A DNA stretch of 64,000 nt. Origin: Candidatus Omnitrophota bacterium (GTDB lineage: Bacteria > Omnitrophota > Gorgyraeia > B26-G9). Position 1 is the first letter of the stretch. Every line of letters starts with the position of its first letter. The DNA is taken from contig JAHITY010000114.1 in assembly GCA_018817165.1 (NCBI GenBank), positions 17,721 to 81,720 on the forward strand, read 5' to 3'. A model generated the notes under the pieces. It had not been told where the DNA came from, ran no database searches, and worked only from the letters and a program-made list of their open reading frames with translations. Both the position numbers and the translations under genes were made by a program. Below are positions 19,107 to 29,398 of this stretch, one piece after another.

Positions 19107-20569
19107 AAGTAGTTATTGCTAATTCAATTGGAATTGATAAAAACGGACATTATATAATTCATTCACCAAGCCGATGGTCTGAAGGCGTTAAAGAGAAATC
19201 GCACTGGTTTGCTTATTATCCTTGGGAACTTGCCTATCTGTCTAGTTTACTCAAAAGAGAAACTAATCATGAAGTAAAGCTTATTGATGGATGTTTGATG
19301 AAGCTTAATAAAAAAGATTACTCTGCGTTGATCAAAAATCTAAATCCGGATATTTTGATAATCGAAAGCGCTACGCGAATGATTGATGAAAATTTAGAGT
19401 TGGCTCTAGAGATTAAAAAATCATGCTTAAGTCGAGTTATTTTTGTTGGGCAGCATGCAAGTGCTTTTCCCCAGCAGCTTATTGACCAGGGGGTGGATAA
19501 TGTCTGTATTGGTGAATATGAGTTCACGGTTCTTGAATTGATTCAGAACTCTGATCAAGCACAGATATTAGGGCTTTATCCTAATAAGCGAAGAGACTTA
19601 CTTGAGATAAATTCCTTGCCTTGGCCAGAAGATGATGATGTCAGTCGGATAGATTATGCATGCCCCGGAGAACCCAGTTCTGAATTTAAGGAAATTCAAA
19701 TGTACGCGTCTCGCGGTTGTCCGGGTTCATGTAATTTCTGTGTAGCCAGGCATGTTTATTATAATTGTTCGAATTGGCGTAAGCGTAATATTGATGATAT
19801 TGTTAAAGAGATCGCCTATCTGAAAGAAAAATATCCGCAAATGGAGGGAGTTTTCTTTGATGAAGAAGTGCACAATGGCAATCGGGAATTTATTTTAGAA
19901 TTAAGCAAGGGGATTATAGCCGCCGGGCTGAATAATTTGCATTATGAGGCAATGTGTGATGTGCGCTTCTTAGATGAACAAGTGCTGCGGGCAATGAAAA
20001 ATGCCGGATATTATAAAATAAGAATTGGGATCGAGACGGCAAGTGAAAAAGTTATGCAGGCGATAAATAAGCCAATGGATTTAAACCATATTCAGAATAT
20101 ATTATTAACCGCTAAGAAGATCTGCTTAACCACATACGGAACATTTACTTTTGGCGCTTTTGGCTCGGATTATTCTGAAGATATTAAAACCATTAGGTTT
20201 ATGGAAACATTGATAAAACAGGATCTTTTAGATGGATTACAGCTTTCTATTTGTACTCCTCAGCCGGGAACCCCTTTTTATCAAACAGCCAAAGAGAATA
20301 ATTTATTGCGTGCGCAATCTGATTTTTCTGATTATGATGGGGGTAATTTTGCCATGGTAAGCTATCCAAACTACAATCATAAGCAAATAGAAAATATTAA
20401 ACAGCAAGCTTTGCTTGTCCGTGATCATTTATATCTGATGAAGAAAATTAGAGAACATAATCTTTTAAAATGGACACTAGCAATTCTCAGGCGTTACGGA
20501 TTGTGGGGATTTATTAGAAAAGCCTTTAGAAGATTTTTATTGGAAATAAAATTTTTAAACTTAAAATGA
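19103..20569 (+). CDS. B12-binding domain radical SAM protein.
   Basis: N-terminal B12-binding-like region (YPWELAYLSSLLKRETNHEVKLIDG); SRGCPGSCNFC radical SAM motif; ATGA overlap with the upstream GT1 gene. Confidence 0.8.
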   Translation: MKVVIANSIGIDKNGHYIIHSPSRWSEGVKEKSHWFAYYPWELAYLSSLLKRETNHEVKLIDGCLMKLNKKDYSALIKNLNPDILIIESATRMIDENLELALEIKKSCLSRVIFVGQHASAFPQQLIDQGVDNVCIGEYEFTVLELIQNSDQAQILGLYPNKRRDLLEINSLPWPEDDDVSRIDYACPGEPSSEFKEIQMYASRGCPGSCNFCVARHVYYNCSNWRKRNIDDIVKEIAYLKEKYPQMEGVFFDEEVHNGNREFILELSKGIIAAGLNNLHYEAMCDVRFLDEQVLRAMKNAGYYKIRIGIETASEKVMQAINKPMDLNHIQNILLTAKKICLTTYGTFTFGAFGSDYSEDIKTIRFMETLIKQDLLDGLQLSICTPQPGTPFYQTAKENNLLRAQSDFSDYDGGNFAMVSYPNYNHKQIENIKQQALLVRDHLYLMKKIREHNLLKWTLAILRRYGLWGFIRKAFRRFLLEIKFLNLK

Positions 20570-20761
20570 CACAAAAGCAGCGGATAGCGTATAGCGATTA
20601 GCGGTTAGGGAAAGTGTGATATCCTGAAATAGGTTGACAGAAAACAGAAGGATGAGAGACGATCGCTGCGCTAGGACGATAGAGAAAAAACGGAAACATT
20701 TTTTAATAGCTAATGAAGTAATATTGTACAGTTATTTCTTGTTGTGATTTAGGGATTATTT

Positions 20762-22273
20762 ATGAATTTTTTAAAAAAACATTACATATTTATCAGTTTA
20801 ATCGGGATTTTTCTATTATATATAATTACAGATATTATTATTCTGAATGTTAAAGGAGATTTTCTTCTTTATCAGGAAGCTATAAAAATGGGTGTTTGTT
20901 CTCATTTTTATGAAATATTATCTCAAAGACAATTTTCCCCTTCACCTTACATATATCCGCCTATTTATTTCCTTGTATCGAGTTTTTTATGTGTTATTGC
21001 TGGGCGGTTTAGCTATATAACTTGTGTTTACGCGAATTTTATATATTTAGCCATTTTTTTGAGTTCCTTTTTTCTTTTGGCGAGAAAAATTATAAAAAAT
21101 AATAGTGTGGCATTGCTGGCTGTGTATATATTGTTTATTTTTAATTACGATATCTCGATTTATTCAAGATATTATTCGATGGAGTTTGCCGTAGGAGCAT
21201 TTGTTTGCTTGAGTTTATACTTTTTAATATGCACGGATAATTTTACTAACTTCAAGCGCAGTTTTTTATTTGGGCTTGCTTTTGGGCTAAGCATGTTGAT
21301 TAAGTGGACAGCGTTTATTTATATTTTACCGCCTCTATTGGTTTATATTTGGAATGCACTGGCGGCAGCTCGATCTTCTAAATCAGGATTTAAAACTGTA
21401 TTAATCAATATTGTTGTTTCCTTTTGTATATTCTTAGCTTTGTTTTTATATTGGGTATTGACTTCCCTTGACTTGAATAGGATGTATAACCTTTATTGTA
21501 TTGCAATTACAAAGGAAGCTCAAATATCGGGATTATCTACATATATTGCAGTTTCTTTTACTGCTCTTATGGAATACATTCTTTTTACTAAATTCTTTTT
21601 GCAGGGCAGGTACTTAATTGATTTTTTAAAGGGCAGATTTAGATTTAAAAAATTTCTAATATTTTGGTTATTAGGTCCAATACTTATTTTGTCTTTTGCT
21701 GCTGGAATAACTCGCTCGCGTTATATGATCCCAGTCTTACCGGCACTAGCTTTAATGAGTGCATTGGCTTTTAATAATATCAAGGAGCAAAGGGCGAAGA
21801 GAAATGCTCTTTATTATTTTTTGATTGGAGGCGCATTAATGTTCACGCTAACTTCTTTTTGGGGGAACTATGCTGACGCTGAATATAATCAAAAAGTTCA
21901 TTCAATAAAAGATATGCTTAAAACTATGGAAGATAAGGTGGTAGCCAAAGAAAAAATCCATGTTCTTTACCTGTATACCGATTCTTCACCTAACTTTGAT
22001 TATTTGGTAAAATTGTTCAAGTATTTTTTGGCGCATAATAATTTTAGTAATAGCGAACTTACGATTTCACCTGATGAATTTCTCAGTATAAATATTGATA
22101 GAGCAATAGCGCAGTCAGAATATATACTAATTGTTGATAAAGATCCGCGGGAATTGTTAAAAAAAATCAGCCAATATAATTTAACTTTAGTCTCCAGCAT
22201 AAAGTTAAAAAATGATAATATTGTGGCGATTTTACTGGAGAATCCTTTAGTCGGAGGCGCTAAGATAGACTAA
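20762..22273 (+). CDS. GT-C family polytopic membrane glycosyltransferase-like protein.
   Basis: Many hydrophobic helices over the first ~360 aa, then a soluble C-terminal domain; same gene-neighbourhood logic as 8889..10517 (next to a CBM-like anchor protein). Confidence 0.5.
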   Translation: MNFLKKHYIFISLIGIFLLYIITDIIILNVKGDFLLYQEAIKMGVCSHFYEILSQRQFSPSPYIYPPIYFLVSSFLCVIAGRFSYITCVYANFIYLAIFLSSFFLLARKIIKNNSVALLAVYILFIFNYDISIYSRYYSMEFAVGAFVCLSLYFLICTDNFTNFKRSFLFGLAFGLSMLIKWTAFIYILPPLLVYIWNALAAARSSKSGFKTVLINIVVSFCIFLALFLYWVLTSLDLNRMYNLYCIAITKEAQISGLSTYIAVSFTALMEYILFTKFFLQGRYLIDFLKGRFRFKKFLIFWLLGPILILSFAAGITRSRYMIPVLPALALMSALAFNNIKEQRAKRNALYYFLIGGALMFTLTSFWGNYADAEYNQKVHSIKDMLKTMEDKVVAKEKIHVLYLYTDSSPNFDYLVKLFKYFLAHNNFSNSELTISPDEFLSINIDRAIAQSEYILIVDKDPRELLKKISQYNLTLVSSIKLKNDNIVAILLENPLVGGAKID

Positions 22274-22362
22274 AAATCAATTAACTGCTTTTAGCATAAT
22301 TAGGAATAGTCAGACTTTATAAGCGCAGGCTTAAGCTTAGAATAAAAATTTAGGGGTAGGGA

Positions 22363-23139
22363 ATGAAAAAGATTAGTGCTAAAAAAATCCTAAAGCTGTT
22401 TTTTGAGGAAGAAAAACCTCAGGATAGTAAAGAAACCAGTAATGAAACAAATGAAGTGAAAATTTTGCACTGGCTATTGATTATCGCGATTAGTATATTT
22501 ACTTTGTTTTGGATTATTTATTGTTTTTTTGCTGTTTTTTTAAAATCACCGATATATAATAGCCAAAGTGGTATTAACTCTAAAATCGAGAGAGTTGATT
22601 GGTCAAAGGGTAATGTTTTAAAAAATGGCGATTTTTCTGAAAAATTAAGACATTGGGTTACTTCCGATGGCGGGCAGACATTTAAAGATTCAAAAAGTAA
22701 AGTAAGTCTAGAGGAAGATGATGTTCATTCAGCCCCATATAGTCTGAGGATTAGATCACTCTATCCGACTAATCGATTGCATTATACTAAAAATATGGAG
22801 CAGTATATTATTGGTAATCCTTATGATTTTAAAGAAACCGAACATTGGCTCGGGGTCGAGCCTAGTTCAAAAATCGAGGCATCTTGTTGGTATAAAGGTA
22901 GCGTGATTGACTTTACAATCATTGGTTTGGCTCAAAAAGGCGAATGGATAAATCTGGCAAAAATATCCGGAGAGAGAACTCGGATATGGAAACAATTAAA
23001 AATAGACATAGATATACCGGAAAAAGTAAGAGCTATTTCTGTATTGTTTGTAATTAACCGCGCGCAGGGAAGTCCTTTGCCGGATGTTTTAATCGATGAT
23101 GTAGCGGTATCGATTGTATCTTCGAAAGAGTACATTTAA
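22363..23139 (+). CDS. Membrane-anchored CBM4/9-like domain protein. Paralog of 8113..8889.
   Basis: N-terminal TM helix, NGDFSEKLRHW motif, and conserved blocks shared with 8113..8889. Confidence 0.4.
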   Translation: MKKISAKKILKLFFEEEKPQDSKETSNETNEVKILHWLLIIAISIFTLFWIIYCFFAVFLKSPIYNSQSGINSKIERVDWSKGNVLKNGDFSEKLRHWVTSDGGQTFKDSKSKVSLEEDDVHSAPYSLRIRSLYPTNRLHYTKNMEQYIIGNPYDFKETEHWLGVEPSSKIEASCWYKGSVIDFTIIGLAQKGEWINLAKISGERTRIWKQLKIDIDIPEKVRAISVLFVINRAQGSPLPDVLIDDVAVSIVSSKEYI

Positions 23140-23205
23140 GATTTATTAACAATCAAATAACCTAAATAAATTGTAAATTTCAAGGAAAGATAAAGAGAGG
23201 AACTA

Positions 23206-24708
23206 ATGAAACTGGCTTTAGTTTTTAATCCTTTTAAATATAAGGTGCATGAAGAGAATGTGCGTATTGGTCAGAAATATTTCGGTTTATTTCCTCCTTT
23301 GAGCTTGGCTTGGGTAGCGGCAATAGCTGAGCAAGCAGGACATGAAGTGATTATCATTGATGCCAGGACATTGCAGTTGTCACAGCAAGAGACTCTGCGC
23401 TTATTGCAAATATTTAAACCCGATATTATGGGTTTTATGATGACTACGTATATGTTTCCTGATACCTTAGAATGGATAAAATTCCTTAAAAAACAGATAA
23501 ATGTGCCTGTAATGGTAGGCGGTTATAATTTGCGGGTTTATCCTGAAGAATCAATTTCTCATCTGGAAATTGATTTTGGGATTATTGAACATGCTTACTA
23601 TACAGTGCCTGCACTGTTAAAAGAAATACAGAACAAAACCAATAATTTTGCCAATGTTCCCGGGCTGGTTTACAAAAAAGACGGGAAAATAATTAAAACT
23701 GATCATCCGCAAGCTATTGATTTTGATTTGTTTCCCAAACCGGCAAGACATTTATTGCCAAATGAGTTGTATGCTGAGTTCCCCACTGAAAGGCGGAATT
23801 TTAGCGTAATGGTTACCTCTTTGGGCTGTCCATTTAAATGTAACTTTTGTGAAGCTGGAAAGAGCCCGTTTAATCCTCGTTCGGCAGAAAATGTTGTTCA
23901 GGAGATAGAGGAGTGTTATGATAAATATGGGATAAAGGAAATAGATATTTTCGACTATGAGTTTACCGGCAATCGAAAACGAGTGCTCGATATCTGCGCT
24001 TTATTAAAACAAAAAAATATTGATATTATCTGGGCCTGTCGTTCCCGGATCGATACGGTTGACCCTGAACTTCTGGCGATTATGTATAAAACAGGTTGCC
24101 GGAGAATATATTTCGGCATAGAGTCTGGTTCACAGGAAATTTTAGATATTGTCAATAAGAAGCAGACACTGGCTCAAGTTGTGGAGACAATCAGCTGGTG
24201 CAAGAAAATCGGAATAAAAACTTTAGGGTTTTTTTTGATCGGCGCGCCGAATGATACGGAAGAGACAATTAAAGAAACAGTTAAATTCGCTAAGAGTTTG
24301 GATCTGGACTATGTGCAGTTTTCTAAGTGTCTGGCAAAACCGCTGACCTCTCTTTGGCAAGAGCTTGTGGCTAAGACCAAAAAGGATTATTGGAAAGATT
24401 GGATATTGGGCAAAGAAGTTGACCGTCAGCTAGAGCGGCCTTGGACGAGTTTAACCAATGAACAGATTGATAAATTAGCTAAACAGGCTTACTTGTCGTA
24501 TTATGTTAGACCGAAATTCCTAATAAAGGCTTTACTTGAATTAAAGTCTTTTAAAGAATTTAAACGTAAGCTGTTCGCTCTGTTTGAAATGATATTTACC
24601 CAGGAAGATCGATCAAAAGACGATAAAAAATTCTATGCTTTTAATGAAAATAGCCGAAATGATATTGCTAAAGCGCGAAAAAAACTGGAAGATTCTTTGA
24701 CTAGCTAG
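23206..24708 (+). CDS. B12-binding domain radical SAM protein.
   Basis: FPPLSLAWVAAIAEQAGHEVIIID (B12-binding-like); TSLGCPFKCNFC. Confidence 0.8.
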   Translation: MKLALVFNPFKYKVHEENVRIGQKYFGLFPPLSLAWVAAIAEQAGHEVIIIDARTLQLSQQETLRLLQIFKPDIMGFMMTTYMFPDTLEWIKFLKKQINVPVMVGGYNLRVYPEESISHLEIDFGIIEHAYYTVPALLKEIQNKTNNFANVPGLVYKKDGKIIKTDHPQAIDFDLFPKPARHLLPNELYAEFPTERRNFSVMVTSLGCPFKCNFCEAGKSPFNPRSAENVVQEIEECYDKYGIKEIDIFDYEFTGNRKRVLDICALLKQKNIDIIWACRSRIDTVDPELLAIMYKTGCRRIYFGIESGSQEILDIVNKKQTLAQVVETISWCKKIGIKTLGFFLIGAPNDTEETIKETVKFAKSLDLDYVQFSKCLAKPLTSLWQELVAKTKKDYWKDWILGKEVDRQLERPWTSLTNEQIDKLAKQAYLSYYVRPKFLIKALLELKSFKEFKRKLFALFEMIFTQEDRSKDDKKFYAFNENSRNDIAKARKKLEDSLTS

Positions 24709-24746
24709 GAGAGAGAGAGGCTTTAGCCCTTAACCAGAAATAAAAT

Positions 24747-25742
24747 ATGAGATTAAAAGAAAAAATATATATTGGATTAATGATTGCCAAGGCAAAACTG
24801 CTGAAACAGAGTATCCCGGTTATTGTCGGGTGGGCACTGACCTATCAATGCAATAAGCAATGTAAATATTGTCTTTTGCCAATCAAGAAAACTGTTGAAC
24901 TCAATACTGCAGAAGTGAAGTTATTAATTGATAATTTCAAAAGACTCGGCACGAAAATGCTGATTTTTACTGGCGGAGAACCGTTTTTACGGAAAGATAT
25001 AATTGAAATAATTAATTATGCTAAACAAAAAAGAATGATTGTTTATGTAAATTCAAACGGATCTAGAATTAGAGATTTTATCGGACAATTAGGTTTAGTC
25101 GACTGCTTGAATATTAGTTTGGAAGGCAATAAACAGACGCATAATGCGATCCGCGGGACAGGTAGTTTTGAGCAGGTAATGGAAAGCGCTGAACTTGCTA
25201 AGCAACATAAAATAAAGTTAAGATTTACAACTACGCTCAATAAGCTTAATCTTGAAAATATAGATTATATCTTAGATTCGGGTGCAAATCTGCAAGCTAA
25301 AGTTAAATTTCAAATACTTACTGATTATTGTCTGGGATCAGTTGAAAAGAATCCGCTTTTGCCGGAAAATCATAAATTAATTAAAGTTATAAAACAACTT
25401 TGCGAATACAAAAAAAAGGGTAAGTATAAAAATATAATCGCCAATCCATTGCCGGCTTTAAAATATTTTCGTTCCTTACCAAAATTACCTCTGATGGCTT
25501 GTGCTTCTGGGAAAATTACTTTTCGAGTTACTCCTGATGGTTTTTTAATTACTTGCGGAGAATCCGGAATAGCGGCAAATCATTTTAGGATTGCCCTGAA
25601 AAATAAAACTTATGAGCAAGTAAAACAAATTTTAGAAAAAATAAAATTTTCGAAACAAAGATGTAGTTGTGGCTGCGCAGACAGAGTCGAAGCATCAATG
25701 CTGTGGAATTTAAACCCTGGGGCTGTTTTGAATAGGCTATAA
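24747..25742 (+). CDS. Radical SAM/SPASM-domain protein (~330 aa). Paralog of 28347..29351 and 46114..47106.
   Basis: LTYQCNKQCKYC, FTGGEPFLRKD, C-terminal CASGKITFRVTPDG...CGES...CSCGC. Confidence 0.75.
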   Translation: MRLKEKIYIGLMIAKAKLLKQSIPVIVGWALTYQCNKQCKYCLLPIKKTVELNTAEVKLLIDNFKRLGTKMLIFTGGEPFLRKDIIEIINYAKQKRMIVYVNSNGSRIRDFIGQLGLVDCLNISLEGNKQTHNAIRGTGSFEQVMESAELAKQHKIKLRFTTTLNKLNLENIDYILDSGANLQAKVKFQILTDYCLGSVEKNPLLPENHKLIKVIKQLCEYKKKGKYKNIIANPLPALKYFRSLPKLPLMACASGKITFRVTPDGFLITCGESGIAANHFRIALKNKTYEQVKQILEKIKFSKQRCSCGCADRVEASMLWNLNPGAVLNRL

Positions 25743-25772
25743 TTTAATTAATACCTAATTTAAGGATAATCA

Positions 25773-26669
25773 ATGCGTTTAAGCGTAATTATCGTTACCT
25801 GGAATTCCCAAAGATTTATTAATGATTGTCTGGAATCAGTATTTTCGCAGCAAATAGATGATATGGAGATAATTGTTATTGATAATGGATCATCAGACAA
25901 TACATTACAAATATTAGAAGGTTTTACTAATCGGATAATTTTGATTAAGAATCAAACCAATACTGGATTTTGCTTGGCGAATAATCAAGCGATTCTAAAA
26001 GCGCAAGGAAAGTATATTTTTACCTTAAATAGCGATGTAATTTTGGGAAAAGGATATTTGAAAAGTTTAATTGGTTGCCTTGAAACTAATAAGCAGATTG
26101 GTATGGTTCAGGGCAAGTTGCTACGATTTGATCGAAAGACAATAGATGGGCTTGGCTTGCGCTTATCTTTGCTGATGCGTTTGTATAATATTCAAGAAAA
26201 TAAGGCTGATAGTAATAAATTTGATAAGCCAAGAGAGATCTTTGGGCCCTGTGCCGCGGCTGCTGTTTATAAAAAAGAACTACTTGCTCAAATTCGTTAT
26301 CAGGATGAGTTTTTTGATGAAAAGTTTTTCTTTTTAGTCGAAGATTTTGATTTAGCCTGGCGAGCGCGGATTCGCGGATGGAAGGCAATGTATGTGCCGG
26401 ATGCGATTGCCTATCATTACCGGGAGAGTTCAGCCTATATTAATAAATTCAAACAATATCTTTCTTTTCGCAATCGATACTTTATGCTGATTAAAAACGC
26501 TGATTGGCGGCATGTTTTTATGCTGATAAGTGGTTTATTTATTTACGAATTACCCCGATTTATATACATGTTGCTATTTAATAAAAATACGATTAAGGCT
26601 CTTAAAGAAATACATGATTATTTGCCGGAACTAAGAAAAAAACGCTATAAACCAGACGGATTTTCATGA
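25773..26669 (+). CDS. GT2 family glycosyltransferase (WbbL/rhamnosyltransferase-like).
   Basis: LSVIIVTWNS...IIVIDNGSSDNT, ED(F)DL(A)WR motif; paralogous to 49675..50655. Confidence 0.7.
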   Translation: MRLSVIIVTWNSQRFINDCLESVFSQQIDDMEIIVIDNGSSDNTLQILEGFTNRIILIKNQTNTGFCLANNQAILKAQGKYIFTLNSDVILGKGYLKSLIGCLETNKQIGMVQGKLLRFDRKTIDGLGLRLSLLMRLYNIQENKADSNKFDKPREIFGPCAAAAVYKKELLAQIRYQDEFFDEKFFFLVEDFDLAWRARIRGWKAMYVPDAIAYHYRESSAYINKFKQYLSFRNRYFMLIKNADWRHVFMLISGLFIYELPRFIYMLLFNKNTIKALKEIHDYLPELRKKRYKPDGFS

Positions 26670-27775
26670 AAAAAATTACCCGCAGAGAGTTTATTAAAAA
26701 TAGCATAAGCTGGGGCGCAGTAGTGGCGGCGCAGTCTCTTTTTCCTGAATATATTTATGCTAAAGAAAAAATAATTACTCCAAGCATCGTCGGTGTAATT
26801 AAGGATAATGATATTAGAAAAGCAACGGAACAAGCTTTGGCGATAATTGGCGGAATTGGAAAAGTTGTTAAGCCAGGGCAAATGGTTTTTATTAAACCAA
26901 ATTATATTGCCGGAGGCTTGATGGGTCATGATCCGGTTACCGCTGGTGAAATTCCGCATCCGGAAGTTGTTGCTTCCGTTGCCCGCGAGTGTGTTAATGC
27001 CGGCGCGAAACATGTGATTATTGGGGAATGGTTTGAGCGGCCGCTTAATATTATCTGGCAGGGTAAAAAGAATGTTGAAGGTGCTCAAGTAAAAAAGTTA
27101 ATTGAGCGTATCAATAAAAAATACGGAGATAAGGTTTCTCTGGTTAATTTGCGCGAATATACAAAATCATTTATTTATGTTCCATCTCAAAGCAAGCTTG
27201 ATTGGCTGGCAATCCCGGATATTGTTAAAAAAGCGGATGTGGTTATATCCATAGCAGTGCTTAAGACTCATCATTGGCCGATGGCAGTTACCTTTGGAAT
27301 GAAAAATTTTATGGGAATCATGCCTTCTGTTATCTATGGAGAGCCGAGAGCTAAATTGCATGATGCCGGAATAAATCAGGTGATTGTCGATATTAATAAA
27401 GGAATAAAGCCGGCCCTGACGGTTATTAGCGGTGCTTATGGAATGGAAGGTGAAGGAGTGGTTAGATCATTTGGCGGTAAATCAGTGGATTTAATCCAAA
27501 GAATCAATGGTTGCCTGGTTATTGCTGGGTATGATCCAGTAGCTACTGATGCGACAGCAACTCGTTTAATAACCAAAGGTTGGATGCCTCAGCCCAAAGA
27601 TAATGATTTGGGTGTTCCTTGGTATATAAAACACTTACGCCTTGCTCATCAGCAGGGACTTGGGCAATTGAGACAGTCCCGGATAGAACTCCGCGGAGAG
27701 AAACTAAGCGATCTGGCAATGTCATGGCAAATGCCGATGAATAATGCATATCCGGAGTTGCCAAACTATGTTTAA
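26666..27775 (+). CDS. Tat-signal exported protein, DUF362-like domain.
   Basis: N-terminal twin-arginine motif TRREFIK followed by a hydrophobic stretch and AxA-like site; the rest resembles DUF362-type proteins (uncertain). Confidence 0.4.
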   Translation: MKKITRREFIKNSISWGAVVAAQSLFPEYIYAKEKIITPSIVGVIKDNDIRKATEQALAIIGGIGKVVKPGQMVFIKPNYIAGGLMGHDPVTAGEIPHPEVVASVARECVNAGAKHVIIGEWFERPLNIIWQGKKNVEGAQVKKLIERINKKYGDKVSLVNLREYTKSFIYVPSQSKLDWLAIPDIVKKADVVISIAVLKTHHWPMAVTFGMKNFMGIMPSVIYGEPRAKLHDAGINQVIVDINKGIKPALTVISGAYGMEGEGVVRSFGGKSVDLIQRINGCLVIAGYDPVATDATATRLITKGWMPQPKDNDLGVPWYIKHLRLAHQQGLGQLRQSRIELRGEKLSDLAMSWQMPMNNAYPELPNYV

Positions 27776-28331
27776 AAGAATTTTTAAAATTATAATAATT
27801 TGCGGCTTTGTTTTGGTACTTTTCAGCGGTAAAGCGTTAAAGGCAGAACAGGACTCTTATAATTTTCCGGTTGAAAATTGTAGCGGAAACTGGGACAAAC
27901 AGACAATAGAAGGAAAAAAAGTAATATCTACAAACGTTTCAGGCAAGATTGCGCAAATAGATCTAATAGTGCCTGAAGATGGGTATTATCAATTATATAT
28001 CAGTCTTTACCATTGCTGGCAAGAGTTTACTCCCTTTGTTTTTTTTAAAGCCAAGGATATCAAGGGAAAGCGATTTGAGGCAAATGTTTTTTCTGAGCCA
28101 AGGTGGTATCTTGATCCAGGCCAGGGACGTTGGGAATATCGCTGTATTAGTGGCAATCCTTATTGGCAGCTATCCAAGGGAATATTAAGTGTTAAATTTT
28201 GGATTGGTTCTCGTTTGTCTTGCTGGGAAGATGATAATCAAACTTCGGTTGAATCGTTTATTGCAATAGATTGTTTTATTTTGAAAAAAATTAACCAAGA
28301 AACAATGTCTCAAGATCATGTAACTCAATGA
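27768..28331 (+). CDS. Secreted hypothetical protein (signal peptide). Start moved to the ATG at 27768.
   Basis: MFKRIFKIIIICGFVLVLFSGKALKA signal-like N-terminus; 8-nt overlap with the upstream gene; Trp/Cys-containing mature domain with no recognisable family. Confidence 0.4.
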   Translation: MFKRIFKIIIICGFVLVLFSGKALKAEQDSYNFPVENCSGNWDKQTIEGKKVISTNVSGKIAQIDLIVPEDGYYQLYISLYHCWQEFTPFVFFKAKDIKGKRFEANVFSEPRWYLDPGQGRWEYRCISGNPYWQLSKGILSVKFWIGSRLSCWEDDNQTSVESFIAIDCFILKKINQETMSQDHVTQ

Positions 28332-28346
28332 AGAAGGATATGAATA

Positions 28347-29351
28347 ATGCTGAATCCTATTGTGAAAAGTACCCAAAAGGCAGACATTTTCTTTAATATT
28401 TTAGGTGCTAGAATTTTTAATAATTTCAGGCCAATTTTTGTAAATTGGCCATTAACTTATAAATGCAACTACAGATGTCCTTATTGTAAAATTTACGAAA
28501 ATCAAAGGTCCGAGCTTTCCTGTGATGATATAAAGTTGAGAATAGCTAAATTAGTAAAGTTGGGACTAAAGTGGATTATTTTTACGGGAGGAGAGCCTTT
28601 TCTTAGAAATGATTTGCCTGAGATAATTGCTGCCGCTAAAAAACATAATTTGTTTGTTTGTGTTAATTCTAACGGATCTTTTTCTCCGGAGATGCTTGGA
28701 AAATGTGGCAATATAGATCTGTTGAACCTAAGCCTGGATGGATTGGAAGAAATTCACGATAAGATACGCGGAAGAGGTGCTTTTAATCATATGCTGTCTG
28801 CTCTTGAGTCCGCGAAATTATTAAAAATCAAGGTGAAAATCACAACAACTATTCATAGAATTAATATGAATAAAATAGAAAGCATTTTGTCTTTCTGTAT
28901 AAAAAACAATATTATGCTTTCTTTTCAAATGCTTAACAGGAATTGTCTGGGGAGCAAGGAGGTAAATAATCTTTCTCTGTCAAATGCTGAATATAAACAG
29001 GCAATCAAAAATATTATTCTACTTAAAAAGTCTAAGAAATATTCTAAAGCTATATCACATTCACTAAGCTCTTTAAAATTTTTAGCCCAACGCGCTGATT
29101 TAAGTAAATTGCAATGTGCTTCTGGAAAAATTGCTTTTAGAGTTACTCCTGAGGGCAAGATGTATGCTTGTAATCATCACTCCTTTTTAAATGATAAAGA
29201 AAGTAATGGAGTAATTGATCTAAAAGAAGATTTAAAATCCATTAGACTTAAAATTAAACAATTAAGCAAATTGGATTTATCGAATTGTCATTGCTCCTGC
29301 ATGAATAGAATAAGACTTAATTTGTTATGGAATTATGGATTTGGATTTTAA
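28347..29351 (+). CDS. Radical SAM/SPASM-domain protein. Paralog of 24747 and 46114.
   Basis: LTYKCNYRCPYC, FTGGEPFLRND, CASGKIAFRVTPEG...CNHH...CHCSC. Confidence 0.75.
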   Translation: MLNPIVKSTQKADIFFNILGARIFNNFRPIFVNWPLTYKCNYRCPYCKIYENQRSELSCDDIKLRIAKLVKLGLKWIIFTGGEPFLRNDLPEIIAAAKKHNLFVCVNSNGSFSPEMLGKCGNIDLLNLSLDGLEEIHDKIRGRGAFNHMLSALESAKLLKIKVKITTTIHRINMNKIESILSFCIKNNIMLSFQMLNRNCLGSKEVNNLSLSNAEYKQAIKNIILLKKSKKYSKAISHSLSSLKFLAQRADLSKLQCASGKIAFRVTPEGKMYACNHHSFLNDKESNGVIDLKEDLKSIRLKIKQLSKLDLSNCHCSCMNRIRLNLLWNYGFGF

Positions 29352-29398
29352 AAGGATATTATAATAAAGTAAGAATAAAAGGTAGAATATAAAGAATA

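Noticed and set aside
24709-29398. RiPP (peptide natural product) cluster interpretation of the SPASM radical SAM enzymes.
   Set aside because: No leader or core precursor ORFs lie in the 30-50-bp gaps flanking the SPASM genes. There are no peptidase/transporter (PCAT), YcaO, LanB/C or RRE-containing partners. The context is dominated by glycosyltransferases. Only two weak micro-ORFs elsewhere are flagged as low-confidence findings.
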